Below, in pieces: positions 1-9,217 of a DNA stretch of 59,567 nt (the first letter of the stretch is position 1; each line of letters starts with the position of its first letter). The notes below the pieces were generated by a model that did not search any database, had not been told where the DNA came from, and saw only the letters and a list, made by a program, of their open reading frames with translations. The DNA lies in the NCBI GenBank assembly GCA_964344435.1, contig CAYFNH010000003.1:1-59567 (forward strand). Reading direction: 5' to 3'. This DNA is from an uncultured Piscirickettsiaceae bacterium. GTDB lineage: Bacteria; Pseudomonadota; Gammaproteobacteria; GCF-002020875. Position numbers and translations under genes: made by a program.

Positions 1-3000
1 TCGATCGACTGCAACAGTGCATCCACTTCATCGGAACCATCCCCACTATTCCACTCCATACTGTCTGGGGAGAGCTTGATCTCTGTTGTCTTGGTAATCG
101 GGTCATAGTCGATCGCATACTTGAATGAATAATCGTCAGCAGACAGATTAGCCCCGGTATCGTCAGTAAGGGAGATCACGGTTCCATGAACGCGTATCCA
201 GTCCCCTGCAACCACATTTTGCACCACAACCTTGATGCCACCAATATTTTGGATACTGTCTTCGTTCAATCCTGCTGACGATGCGAAAGTCAGCCCATCA
301 AAGACGGATACATAAGCACCACCGCCATCTGCATCCTCCTCCTCATAGAAAACCACATCCTGAGCAGGATCACCGCTTTCTACAGTCAATGTGGGAGGTT
401 GATTAGCTGGACTTTTAACAACCGTAAAGAGGTTATCACTAACGTATTGTCCCCCTTGGTCATCCACAATCCTTTCAACTTTGATGGTTCTGGACTGCGC
501 AAGAATCGATTCCGAACTGGAATAGGCAATCCCACTAATCAATTCTGAAATTTCTGCACTATTCCATGAACCTGTAAGAGTGACCACTGCCTGACCTGTT
601 ACAGCATCTATTGGGGAGATCTCATAGTCATAGTTTGCCACCGAATTTGTTGCGCTAGACACCGATCCAGAGGCCTCTCCAACCAAATTAATTGCCGTCC
701 CTCCAACAATTAGCTGCTCAGCTGCTTCACTGGAAAGATTGGTAATTGACAAGACCAGCTCGGTGATTGTGCCACTCAACTCGACTGGTGTTGCTGTAGC
801 TCCAGCAAACAGTCCTGCCGTCTGCTCACCAGCATACTCGTAAGTCACAACACCATCTGTATGGTATGGCAAATCATTGATTGAATATACATTGATCACG
901 GTAGAAAGCGCGCTATCCTGTAATCCAACAGCATCATCCGACGCAACCCCTAAGCTTCCCCCATCGTCTCGCAAAGTCTGAATGGATATCTTGCGAGTAG
1001 GATTGGCACCACTCACATCGGGATCATCCCCCACATTGGTAAATTTGAGATCATTGATTAAGCTAATGAGCTGTTCTGATGACCAATCCCCTGTAAGTAC
1101 CAGATCTTTTGCTCCTGCAATTGGATCCCCATTAGGATCCATCGCCTCAACAACCTGATACTGAAATTCTGGCAGACTCGTAAATGGCACTGCAGTTGCT
1201 TCGGTCATGTTCTGCGAAAGATCTATTTCAGCCACTCCAAGCAGAATCAGATCATCCAGCGCCACCCCCTCAACACGAACCACCAACTGATTAACATTCT
1301 GATTTCCATCATCCAAACCAAACACTGCCGCTTGACTGTCTGCGAGAGGAAAGAGCTGTACCGGGCTCGGTGCTGAGTCTTGGTTGGGATAGTTATCCGA
1401 GGTCTCATAAAAGTGCTGCTGTTGTGGAATAACATCGGCCTCCACACTCAGTGTGGGTGGTAGCAGTACTGCAACGGTGGCAGAAACCCCAGAGAGTTGT
1501 GCGGTATCCACCCCTCCAAACTCATTTCCACCATCATCAATCACCAGCTCCAGTGCAATCTCACGATTCCCCTCTACCGGATTGGGGTTATCATTCTGGT
1601 AACGGATCGAGCGGATAAAATCGGAAATCTCATTCTGATTCCACTCCCCCTCCATGGAGATCAACAGGCGCCCATCATTCCCTTCACCATAGCTGATGAC
1701 CGTACCATCTGCCAGTTCAGTAACCACCCCCTGTGTAAAGACCAGAGGCACCGCTTCAGCCGGACTTCCCACCAGCAACATCTCTTGTGCATCCCCTGGG
1801 GTTACCCCAGTTACCGAGAAGACCAATCGTTGAATGGTCTGCCAATCCTCAATCGGATCAATATCGAGACTAGGAAACAGGGCCTTAGATGCCTCGGCAG
1901 GAGAGCCATAAGGAACCGGTTTAGTTGGCTCACCAGATAGAGTCGGCGGATTGTTGACCGGGGTGATATTGACATCCAGAGTAAACGGCTCACTCACCAA
2001 CCCCTCTGCACTGCCGTCATTTTCCGTTACCGTCCAGGTGATGGAGCGGGTGGGAGTCAGTCCATTCTGAGTAGGGTCTTCTCCTCCGCTGCTCTTGAAC
2101 AGCACGTTGAGCATGGCGTCCTGATAATCGGCATACGAACCTGCCCCGGTCAGGGTCAAGGTGCCCACACCATTTTCAACCACATACTCTGCCTGAATCG
2201 AACTTCCCTCTGGTGGGGTAAAACTCAGTTCATCGGTTGCCAGCGCATTGTTGATGGTGATGGTAGCTCCCAGGAGCTGGTCACCGGTATTGTCTACATC
2301 GGTGACATTAAGCTGCCCCTGAAGGGGAAGATCGCCCTCCTTGAATACCAGCACCCCGTCGACCATCAATACTGGGGCATCATTGACCTCGGAAAGACTA
2401 ACGATCACTTGTGCGGTGGACTCATCTCCATCCACATCGCGAATGGTATAGGTAAAGCTGTCAACTCCGTTGTAGTTAGGATCCGGGGTATAGGTAAAGC
2501 TACCATCTGCACTGATCACTACGGTACCGTGTTCCGGCTGCCCGGCAACAAACCAGGTGTGTTTACCATCCCCCAACTGGTCGTTGGAGGCGAGTGTACC
2601 GGTCACGATGCCATCCTCCTCGCCAGTCAGCAGGTCATTAAAGGCGGTAGGCACAGCATTTTGTTGAACCTCTTCAACTTTAACCTCTTCTTCCACTTCA
2701 ACCACTTCAACAACCGGGGCGAGCGGCTCTTCTCCCCCTTCTCCTTCGCCCTCCTCTTCACCTTCACCATCGACCAGGGCGGCTTGCTGGGCCAACAGTT
2801 CACCCTCGCCTTCTGCCTCCTCCTCATCATGGGTTACTACAAAATCGGGCGGGGGTGGCAGTGCCTCTTCAAAGGTAGCCAGCAGGGACGCCGGTGCCTC
2901 GAATGCGGTTGCCGGTGCGCCCGGCTTGCTGCTGACTGCGGTAGCCATACCGGGTTCGTCGAGGGTTACGGTGCCGCGCCCGTTTGCATCGGAGACGTCG

Positions 3001-3755
3001 AGAATACCGTCTTTATGGACAAAGGTACTGGAGCCGTCCTCCTCGATAATGCCCTCCATTTCGGAACCACGAACACCAATCTGTGCAGTCGGAGTCTTGA
3101 TGGTGGTGTGGGTACCCTTGTCCAGCCCCCCCAATTTACCACTGGCGTAACGGAAGAAGCCGGAGATTACGGTGGCCTCGAACTGGCCACTCTCCACCCC
3201 CGGGGTGTAGTTGTAGTTTTCGATGATGGCACGGGTCTCTTTACCGAGCTGGAAGCTGGTGTCATCCAGCATTCTCAGGTTGGCGAAGGAGCGACCGATG
3301 GTCTCGATCACATCATCCTGATAGATGGGATCCCCTTCATTGAGGGTACGCACCACACCATCCGCCCCCTTGGCAGTGGCCTGAGCATCGCCCCCCAGCT
3401 CATCGATGGTGCCGATCGGGTCACCGAGCAGCCCGGGAATCGAGAGCGAACCGGCAGGTCCGGCAACCTCGAATGAATCTACGTTAACCAGTAGTTTTTG
3501 AACAGTTTCCGGAAGAACGACCGCACCATAAGGGGTCTCCAGGGTGGGGGGTACATCGGCTGAAAAATACTCCTCGACCCGGATCTCTTCCCCCAGATCC
3601 CCACGAATAATGAGGTCGTCCCCATCGCGCAGGTAATCCCCCTTGAGCATCAATTCCGATGAGAGGATGGTAAAGCTGTTCTCTTCGGGCAGCAGCGACT
3701 CCGCCGCCATGGCCACTGCATCCAGTGATCGGTCGTTAAAGGTCTGAACCGCCAT
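1..3755 (-). CDS. Giant secreted adhesin/T1SS substrate (partial, runs off the left edge): BapA-prefix-like N-terminus, FecR-like domain, acidic linker, cadherin/Ig-like repeats
   Basis: Hand translation from ATG at 3755 (MAVQTFNDRSL...); the frame was spot-checked and agrees with base 1, and the ORF is missing from the track, consistent with no stop in the window. Motifs: DYLRDGDDLIIRG..EEIRVEEYF; GDPIYQDDVIET..IKTPTAQIGVRGS (FecR-like); HGTVVISADGSFTYTPDPNYNGVDSFTYTI (cadherin-like/Ig); repeats opened by VNDAP/VNNPP/INDLP/NQPP. Confidence 0.8.
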   Translation of the reverse strand, partial: MAVQTFNDRSLDAVAMAAESLLPEENSFTILSSELMLKGDYLRDGDDLIIRGDLGEEIRVEEYFSADVPPTLETPYGAVVLPETVQKLLVNVDSFEVAGPAGSLSIPGLLGDPIGTIDELGGDAQATAKGADGVVRTLNEGDPIYQDDVIETIGRSFANLRMLDDTSFQLGKETRAIIENYNYTPGVESGQFEATVISGFFRYASGKLGGLDKGTHTTIKTPTAQIGVRGSEMEGIIEEDGSSTFVHKDGILDVSDANGRGTVTLDEPGMATAVSSKPGAPATAFEAPASLLATFEEALPPPPDFVVTHDEEEAEGEGELLAQQAALVDGEGEEEGEGEGGEEPLAPVVEVVEVEEEVKVEEVQQNAVPTAFNDLLTGEEDGIVTGTLASNDQLGDGKHTWFVAGQPEHGTVVISADGSFTYTPDPNYNGVDSFTYTIRDVDGDESTAQVIVSLSEVNDAPVLMVDGVLVFKEGDLPLQGQLNVTDVDNTGDQLLGATITINNALATDELSFTPPEGSSIQAEYVVENGVGTLTLTGAGSYADYQDAMLNVLFKSSGGEDPTQNGLTPTRSITWTVTENDGSAEGLVSEPFTLDVNITPVNNPPTLSGEPTKPVPYGSPAEASKALFPSLDIDPIEDWQTIQRLVFSVTGVTPGDAQEMLLVGSPAEAVPLVFTQGVVTELADGTVISYGEGNDGRLLISMEGEWNQNEISDFIRSIRYQNDNPNPVEGNREIALELVIDDGGNEFGGVDTAQLSGVSATVAVLLPPTLSVEADVIPQQQHFYETSDNYPNQDSAPSPVQLFPLADSQAAVFGLDDGNQNVNQLVVRVEGVALDDLILLGVAEIDLSQNMTEATAVPFTSLPEFQYQVVEAMDPNGDPIAGAKDLVLTGDWSSEQLISLINDLKFTNVGDDPDVSGANPTRKISIQTLRDDGGSLGVASDDAVGLQDSALSTVINVYSINDLPYHTDGVVTYEYAGEQTAGLFAGATATPVELSGTITELVLSITNLSSEAAEQLIVGGTAINLVGEASGSVSSATNSVANYDYEISPIDAVTGQAVVTLTGSWNSAEISELISGIAYSSSESILAQSRTIKVERIVDDQGGQYVSDNLFTVVKSPANQPPTLTVESGDPAQDVVFYEEEDADGGGAYVSVFDGLTFASSAGLNEDSIQNIGGIKVVVQNVVAGDWIRVHGTVISLTDDTGANLSADDYSFKYAIDYDPITKTTEIKLSPDSMEWNSGDGSDEVDALLQSI

Positions 3756-3818
3756 ACACTATCTCCACCCTCTATCCATATCAGACTGATTTCTCTACGC
3801 TCTTCATTATAGTCAAAG

Positions 3819-3830
3819 CGCACAGAAACC
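3819..3830 (+). repeat. 12-bp direct repeat CGCACAGAAACC, left copy flanking the toxin-antitoxin module
   Basis: Identical to 4424-4435. Confidence 0.7.
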
Positions 3831-3853
3831 CCAAAGGGGGAGATAAAATTTAA

Positions 3854-4192
3854 TCAAAGGCAGCGAAAATAGGCACAATATTGCTGATTTATCTTCTGCA
3901 GCACCGTTTTCTCCAGCCGCCCATAGCATTTGACCGGGTTACTTTTCGATACCACAAAGGATTTACGTAACATTAGCTTGGAGTCGACAGGGAGATCGCC
4001 AGACTCCAACATCGCCCTTGTAATCAGCACCTCATCATCATACAGACGATCGATCTTGCTACTCATCGGCAGACCGATAAAATCATCGAAGGGAAGGTTA
4101 TCTTTGAATACCAGTACCGGTCTTCTTTTGCTCTGTTTCAGATCACTAAAATAGAATTCACACAGAACGATATCGCCTTCTGCTACTTCCAT
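3854..4192 (-). CDS. PemK/MazF-family endoribonuclease toxin
   Basis: GDIVLCEFYFSDLKQSKRRPVLV N-terminal motif, 112 aa, overlaps the upstream small gene. Confidence 0.85.
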   Translation of the reverse strand: MEVAEGDIVLCEFYFSDLKQSKRRPVLVFKDNLPFDDFIGLPMSSKIDRLYDDEVLITRAMLESGDLPVDSKLMLRKSFVVSKSNPVKCYGRLEKTVLQKINQQYCAYFRCL

Positions 4193-4386
4193 ACCAGGTC
4201 TTCATCACTATAGAGCCACTCTGTTACGGTAGATGCGCTATGGTCAGAAAGTGCCTGTACATCATGATCCATTTGGCCTTTTACAGGAAAAATCAATATT
4301 TCAACCTGATGATCAATAAACTCGGGGGGGATTTTCAGAGTTAGCTCATCAGAGTGTGGCGTGGTAATCTCTCTCAACAACGTCAT
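4183..4386 (-). CDS. Putative antitoxin (about 67 aa) with an acidic C-terminal W..SDEDLVW motif
   Basis: Small gene overlapping the toxin start; GGAG ribosome-binding site before ATG 4386 (the track start at 4407 is probably too long). Confidence 0.65.
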   Translation of the reverse strand: MTLLREITTPHSDELTLKIPPEFIDHQVEILIFPVKGQMDHDVQALSDHSASTVTEWLYSDEDLVWK

Positions 4387-4423
4387 GTTTTTTCTCCACA
4401 TAGACACTCTCTGTGATTATCCA

Positions 4424-4435
4424 CGCACAGAAACC
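4424..4435 (+). repeat. 12-bp direct repeat CGCACAGAAACC, right copy
   Basis: Identical to 3819-3830. Confidence 0.7.
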
Positions 4436-4444
4436 GTTTTCAAG

Positions 4445-5944
4445 TTACTCCTGCAACCTGGGTAACAACAGTGCCAGCCGATAGTGTGCCTCGGCATACT
4501 CCTTGTTGAGCTTGATGGCGGTCTCCAGTGACATCTGTGCCTTGCGGAAGTCCCCCATCTTCTCCAGCACCAGCGCCAGATGGTAGTAGGCGTTGGGGAA
4601 TTTTGGATTGATATTGATCGCCTTGGTGAACATACTGACTGACTCATCCAGCTCGGGCTTGGTGACCGGGGTACCATCGGCGGCTACCTGCAGCCCACCC
4701 CCCAGCAGTTTTGCCAGCTCATAGTAGGCCATGGCATGACTATTATCGATATCGATCGCCACAGTATAGTACTTGCAGGCAGACTCATATTCCTCCGGGT
4801 CACGCATCAGTAATGCCAGCCGATAGTAGGCATCGGCAAAATTGGGATCGATGGCAATTGCTTTCTCGAAGTTGCTCTTGGCTTCCACCAGCTCATCATG
4901 ACGCACCAGCAACAGCCCCAGGTGGTAGTGACCCAAGGCATGCTCCTCACTCAGCTCAACGGTACGGTTGTAGTGGGTACGCGCCTCATCGTCTTCCCCC
5001 TCCTCTTCCAGCAGTAGCGCCAGATTGTAGTGGGCTTCCGGGAATTCGGGCTTGATCTCGATGGTCTTGAGGAAATACTCCCGTGCAGTAGCCAGATCGC
5101 GCTGACTATATTGCAGCATCGCCAACTGGAAGTACGTCTGCTCATCCTCCGGGTAGTACTCTATCGATTTCTTGAAGTTCTCCAGTGCCAATGTCGGCTC
5201 ATTCAGCTCTTCCAACAGCATCGCCAGCTGGAAGTAGGCCTTGGCATACCCGTTATCGAGGCTGATGGCCTGCTCCAGCATACTGCGTGCCTCGTCCAGC
5301 GCCTCTCGCTTCTTCAGCATCAGACCAAGATTGTAGTAGGCCTTGGCATATTCCGGATCGATTTCAACCACCCGGCGCAGCAGCTGCTCCGCCTCCTCCG
5401 GCTCAGGCTCCAGTAGCGGAGTACCATCGGTAGTACTTTTGCTGCCGGTTGCCAGTAGTTTGGCCAGATAGTAATGGGCCTCACGATAGTCTGGATCGAT
5501 ATCAATCGCCGTAGTGTAGTTTTTGCGCGCCTCCTCGAACTCTTCCGGTGCAATCAGCAGGCGGGCAAGATTGTAGTAGGCGGGGGCATAGTTGCTGTCG
5601 AGCTCGATCGACTGAATCAGGTTGTACTTAGCCTCCTCGGTCGCCTCCATCTCCACAAACAGGGAGGCCATATTGGAGTAGGTCATCGCCTTTTCCGGAT
5701 CGATCTCTATCGACTGCTGGAAACGTTCACGGGCCTCTTCAAATTTCCTGGCGCGCTGCAACAGCAGACCAAGATAGCGATAGGCCTCGGCATGTTCAGG
5801 TACCAGCTCGATCACCTTCTCCAGATGGGGCTGAGCTCGATCATCCTCTCCATCGGCAACATAGAGCAGCGCCAGCTGAAAGCGAGCATCCGAGAAGTCC
5901 GGATTGATCTCAATCGCCTTTTCCAGGTGTTCTTTTGGATTCAT
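4445..5944 (-). CDS. Cytoplasmic all-TPR protein (about 13-14 34-aa TPRs)
   Basis: Repeated A(Y/H)(Y/F)xLAxLL...AIEIDP(D/E) units; no signal peptide; 19 bp downstream of the cyclase. Confidence 0.85.
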   Translation of the reverse strand: MNPKEHLEKAIEINPDFSDARFQLALLYVADGEDDRAQPHLEKVIELVPEHAEAYRYLGLLLQRARKFEEARERFQQSIEIDPEKAMTYSNMASLFVEMEATEEAKYNLIQSIELDSNYAPAYYNLARLLIAPEEFEEARKNYTTAIDIDPDYREAHYYLAKLLATGSKSTTDGTPLLEPEPEEAEQLLRRVVEIDPEYAKAYYNLGLMLKKREALDEARSMLEQAISLDNGYAKAYFQLAMLLEELNEPTLALENFKKSIEYYPEDEQTYFQLAMLQYSQRDLATAREYFLKTIEIKPEFPEAHYNLALLLEEEGEDDEARTHYNRTVELSEEHALGHYHLGLLLVRHDELVEAKSNFEKAIAIDPNFADAYYRLALLMRDPEEYESACKYYTVAIDIDNSHAMAYYELAKLLGGGLQVAADGTPVTKPELDESVSMFTKAININPKFPNAYYHLALVLEKMGDFRKAQMSLETAIKLNKEYAEAHYRLALLLPRLQE

Positions 5945-5963
5945 TGCGCTATCTCCACAGCCG

Positions 5964-8237
5964 TTACTTGGATGTCAGTACCCAGACACCATCCCACTCA
6001 CCCTCGGGTGGGTTGGCCTTCATGTGTTCACAACGCTCGATGTACATCTGTGAAGGCTTGTCCTTATCGTAACACTTCAACGACTCCTGGAACTGCCCAA
6101 TCGCGGCATCCCAGTTGGCTTCGTTCCAGTACTTGATTCCATTATTGAACAGACCCACTGCATCAATCATGTTGGGGAAGCTCTCGTTGTCATGGTAGTC
6201 AAGCACCTCGTACACACCGACCGGCTCGGTCTTGCCCTTGACGATTACATTATCGACCTTACGGGTGCGGTAGGTGCCCTTGCAGGCATCCAAGGTATAG
6301 TTGCTGACCAGAATGTGGGCGCCATACTGTTTACAGGCACTCTCCAGGCGAGCCGCCGTATTCACACCATCACCAATCACGGTGTAGTCCATGCGTTTGG
6401 AGGAGCCGATATTACCGGAGACAATGGCATCGGTATTTACCCCCATACCGTGATCGATCGGTGGCTTGCCCTCGGAGGCACGCTTGGCATTGAAGACCTT
6501 GAGTTCCGTCATCATTCCGATCGCGGCACGCACACCACGATCAGGGTCATCCTCATGAGGGATCGGGGTGCCGAAGATCGCCATGATCGCATCCCCGATA
6601 AACTTGTCGAGCATTCCCCCCTGGCCGGTGATCACATCGACCATCACCTCGAAGTATTCGTTGAGCAGTTTTACGGTACCCTGTGCACCCAACTCTTCGG
6701 TAATGGTGGTAAAGCTGCGCACATCGGAGAAGAGTACGGTACCAATTCCCTGTTTGCCGCCCATGATATCTTCCTGGCTCTGGTCGTCCAGCAGTTGATC
6801 CGCCAGGGTTGGATCCATGTAGCGGGACATGGTGGATTTCATCCGCTTCTCGCTGCTGATATCCTCCAGCATAATCATCGAACCCAGATTCTCTCCCTCA
6901 CTCCCCTTCAATGGCAGCAGGGTGATATTGAGCGAGACCGCCTCTTCGCCAAAAGTCAGTTCACGATCCGGCAGGATATCAATATCCTCTACCGTCTCCA
7001 GCTTGTCCGCCAGCCACTGATTGGCCTCACTACTGAAGAATTCGACCGCATTCTGCCCAATCACCTCATCCATCCGGTAGATCTTCATCATATTGATGCC
7101 GGACTGGTTACAGGTGGCAATCTTGCCCTCGTTGATGGTGATCACCCCGTTACTCATCGAGGAGAGAATGCTCTCGTTGTAGTTCATGGTGTTCTGTACA
7201 TCGGCAAAGAGCTTGGCATTCTCGATACCGATGGAGATCTGCGAGGTGAATGCCTTGAGCCGCTTCTCATCCTCGTCGGTAAAGACGCCGCCATGCTTGT
7301 TGAGCACCTGACTGACACCGATCACCTTGCCCTCTTTATTGATAACCGGAACGCAGAGCACGGAACGGGTGAAGTAACCGGTCTGCTTGTCGAAGGTGGG
7401 GTTAAAGCGCAAATCGGCATAGGCATAGGGAATATTCATCACCTCGCCACTCTGGAACACCGCTCCGGCAATTCCCATATGGTTGGGAAAGCGGATCACA
7501 TCCTTCTTGCCCAGCCCCTCACCCACCTCGGTGTAGAGTTCGTTGGTGGACTCGTCATTGATGAAGAGGGTGGAACGGTCGGCATCCAACATGGTGGTGA
7601 TGGTGGTCATGATCTTCGCCAGCAACGGGCTCAGCTCGATCTCCGAGGAGATCTGCGAAACCACATCGAGGAACTCCAGCTCCTGTTTACGTGAGTTCTC
7701 GATCTGCTCAACGATCACATTACCCTGAATGGCGACCGCCGCCTGCATCGTCATCGATTCCAGCAGCCCCAGATCTTGATCCGTGAATTCACCATCCATC
7801 TTGTTGAGAATCTGCGAAACACCGATGGTCTCCCCGTTTGGGGTACGCAGGGGCGCACAGAGAATACTCTTGGTACGGAACCCGGTACGCATATCGACCG
7901 ACTTGTCAAAACGATCATCGGAGTAGGCGTCGTTAATCACCACCCCTTCATCATTACTGAAGGCCCAGCCTGCAATACCCTTGGTGTTGAGGATACGGAT
8001 TTCACGGGTAAAACTTCCCTGAGCGATACGGGAGTAGAGCTCCCCGGTATGTTCATCATTGAGGAAGATGGTGCCACGCTCGGCATTGATGGTGGTTGTG
8101 GTCAGGTTGACCAACCGCCCCAGCGCATCGTCCAAGCTCTTGCTGGTCGCCAGATCATTGGTGACCTTGAGCAGCATCTCCAGGAAGTGTTCCCGTTTAT
8201 CAAAGCGCTCATCCAGGTCCGAATTATAGGTCATCAT
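5964..8237 (-). CDS. Soluble class III adenylate cyclase, GAF-GAF-PAS-cyclase (CyaB-like) with a helical C-terminal tail
   Basis: Two GAF domains with NK..F...D(E) signatures; catalytic motifs FSDVRSFT, DKFIGDA and DYTVIGDGVNTAARLE (Lys plus Thr, adenylyl class IIIb). Confidence 0.9.
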   Translation of the reverse strand: MMTYNSDLDERFDKREHFLEMLLKVTNDLATSKSLDDALGRLVNLTTTTINAERGTIFLNDEHTGELYSRIAQGSFTREIRILNTKGIAGWAFSNDEGVVINDAYSDDRFDKSVDMRTGFRTKSILCAPLRTPNGETIGVSQILNKMDGEFTDQDLGLLESMTMQAAVAIQGNVIVEQIENSRKQELEFLDVVSQISSEIELSPLLAKIMTTITTMLDADRSTLFINDESTNELYTEVGEGLGKKDVIRFPNHMGIAGAVFQSGEVMNIPYAYADLRFNPTFDKQTGYFTRSVLCVPVINKEGKVIGVSQVLNKHGGVFTDEDEKRLKAFTSQISIGIENAKLFADVQNTMNYNESILSSMSNGVITINEGKIATCNQSGINMMKIYRMDEVIGQNAVEFFSSEANQWLADKLETVEDIDILPDRELTFGEEAVSLNITLLPLKGSEGENLGSMIMLEDISSEKRMKSTMSRYMDPTLADQLLDDQSQEDIMGGKQGIGTVLFSDVRSFTTITEELGAQGTVKLLNEYFEVMVDVITGQGGMLDKFIGDAIMAIFGTPIPHEDDPDRGVRAAIGMMTELKVFNAKRASEGKPPIDHGMGVNTDAIVSGNIGSSKRMDYTVIGDGVNTAARLESACKQYGAHILVSNYTLDACKGTYRTRKVDNVIVKGKTEPVGVYEVLDYHDNESFPNMIDAVGLFNNGIKYWNEANWDAAIGQFQESLKCYDKDKPSQMYIERCEHMKANPPEGEWDGVWVLTSK

Positions 8238-9054
8238 ACTCCTCCAGTTTATTTCGCAGAGTCATAATTGTCTGTTGTAGCTGTACCACATCATTATTGA
8301 GTGCCCGGCGTTCCGCCTGCACCTTGTCTTCACAGAGCGCCTTGCCACGCTCCAACTCTTCGCGCAACCGGCCAATGGTAGCCATATGCTGCTTGATCTC
8401 TTTATTGCCCGCCGAAACCGCCTTCTGGATACGATCCTGCTCCAACTGTTTCTGACGCTCGGTCTCGTCTCGCAGAGATTGAATCATCTGCTTGAACTGG
8501 GCAATCTCCTTGTTGCCCGCCGAGACTGCCTTCTGGATGCGCTCCTGCTCCTTCTCTTTCTGCCGTTCGAGCTCATCACGCAGTGACTGCACCATATTGC
8601 GAAACTGGTGGGTCTCCTTGTTGGCGGCAGAGACCGCCTTCTGTACCCGCTCCTCCTCCAGCCCCTTCTGTCGCTCCATCTCATCACGCAGTGACTGGAT
8701 CATGCTCTTGAACTGGGCGATCTCCTTGTTGCTGGAAGAAACCGCCTTCTGGATACGCTCCTGCTCTTTCTCTTTTTGACGCTCCAGCTCATCTCGCAGT
8801 GATTGCACCATATTGCGAAACTGGTGGGTCTCCTTGTTGGCGGCAGAGACTGCCTTCTGCACCCGCTCCTCTTCGATCCCCTTCTGTCGCTCCATCTCAT
8901 CACGCAGCGACTGAATCATGGTCTTGAACTGGTGGCTCTCCTTGTTGGCAGCGGTACGCACCATCTGTACCGCCTCCTCCTTGGCCACCTCGCCACGCTC
9001 CAGGTTGTCACGCAAAATGGTGATGGTCTGCTTCAGATGAGCAACCTCAATCTC
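8224..9054 (-). repeat. Intragenic 108-bp tandem repeat (about 7.7 units) with a near-identical 216-bp higher-order duplication
   Basis: Units start at residues 18, 54, 90, 126, 162, 198, 234 and 270; shadow ORFs 8484-8687 and 8700-8903 are near-identical and offset by 216 bp. Confidence 0.85.
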
Positions 9055-9105
9055 CAGTTCACGGTTCAGTACCGTAAGCTTCTTTTTTTTCTGTTCCGCA
9101 CTCAT
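8224..9105 (-). CDS. Coiled-coil protein built of 36-aa tandem repeats
   Basis: NKE..QF..M.QSLRDE.ERQK..E.ER.QKAVS unit in exact 36-residue register; the stop overlaps the cyclase start by 14 bp. Confidence 0.8.
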   Translation of the reverse strand: MSAEQKKKKLTVLNRELEIEVAHLKQTITILRDNLERGEVAKEEAVQMVRTAANKESHQFKTMIQSLRDEMERQKGIEEERVQKAVSAANKETHQFRNMVQSLRDELERQKEKEQERIQKAVSSSNKEIAQFKSMIQSLRDEMERQKGLEEERVQKAVSAANKETHQFRNMVQSLRDELERQKEKEQERIQKAVSAGNKEIAQFKQMIQSLRDETERQKQLEQDRIQKAVSAGNKEIKQHMATIGRLREELERGKALCEDKVQAERRALNNDVVQLQQTIMTLRNKLEEYDDL

Positions 9106-9217
9106 AGCTATTTTGAAGTCTACCGTAAAAACAACCCTGTTTGACCACGAAAAGTGAAAATGAGGAAATTCTTAGCGCTTGATAATCAGCACCTTAACCA
9201 CTAACTATCGGTATACC

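Noticed and set aside
2409-3476. Long plus-strand ORFs such as 2409-3476, 6192-7694, 10558-11667, 14415-15377, 16119-17477 and 26128-27621
   Set aside because: They are antisense shadows of well-supported minus-strand genes, with no recognisable motifs or RBS.
8224-9054. Tandem repeats as a CRISPR array
   Set aside because: The 108-bp units are in-frame coding repeats with no unique spacers.
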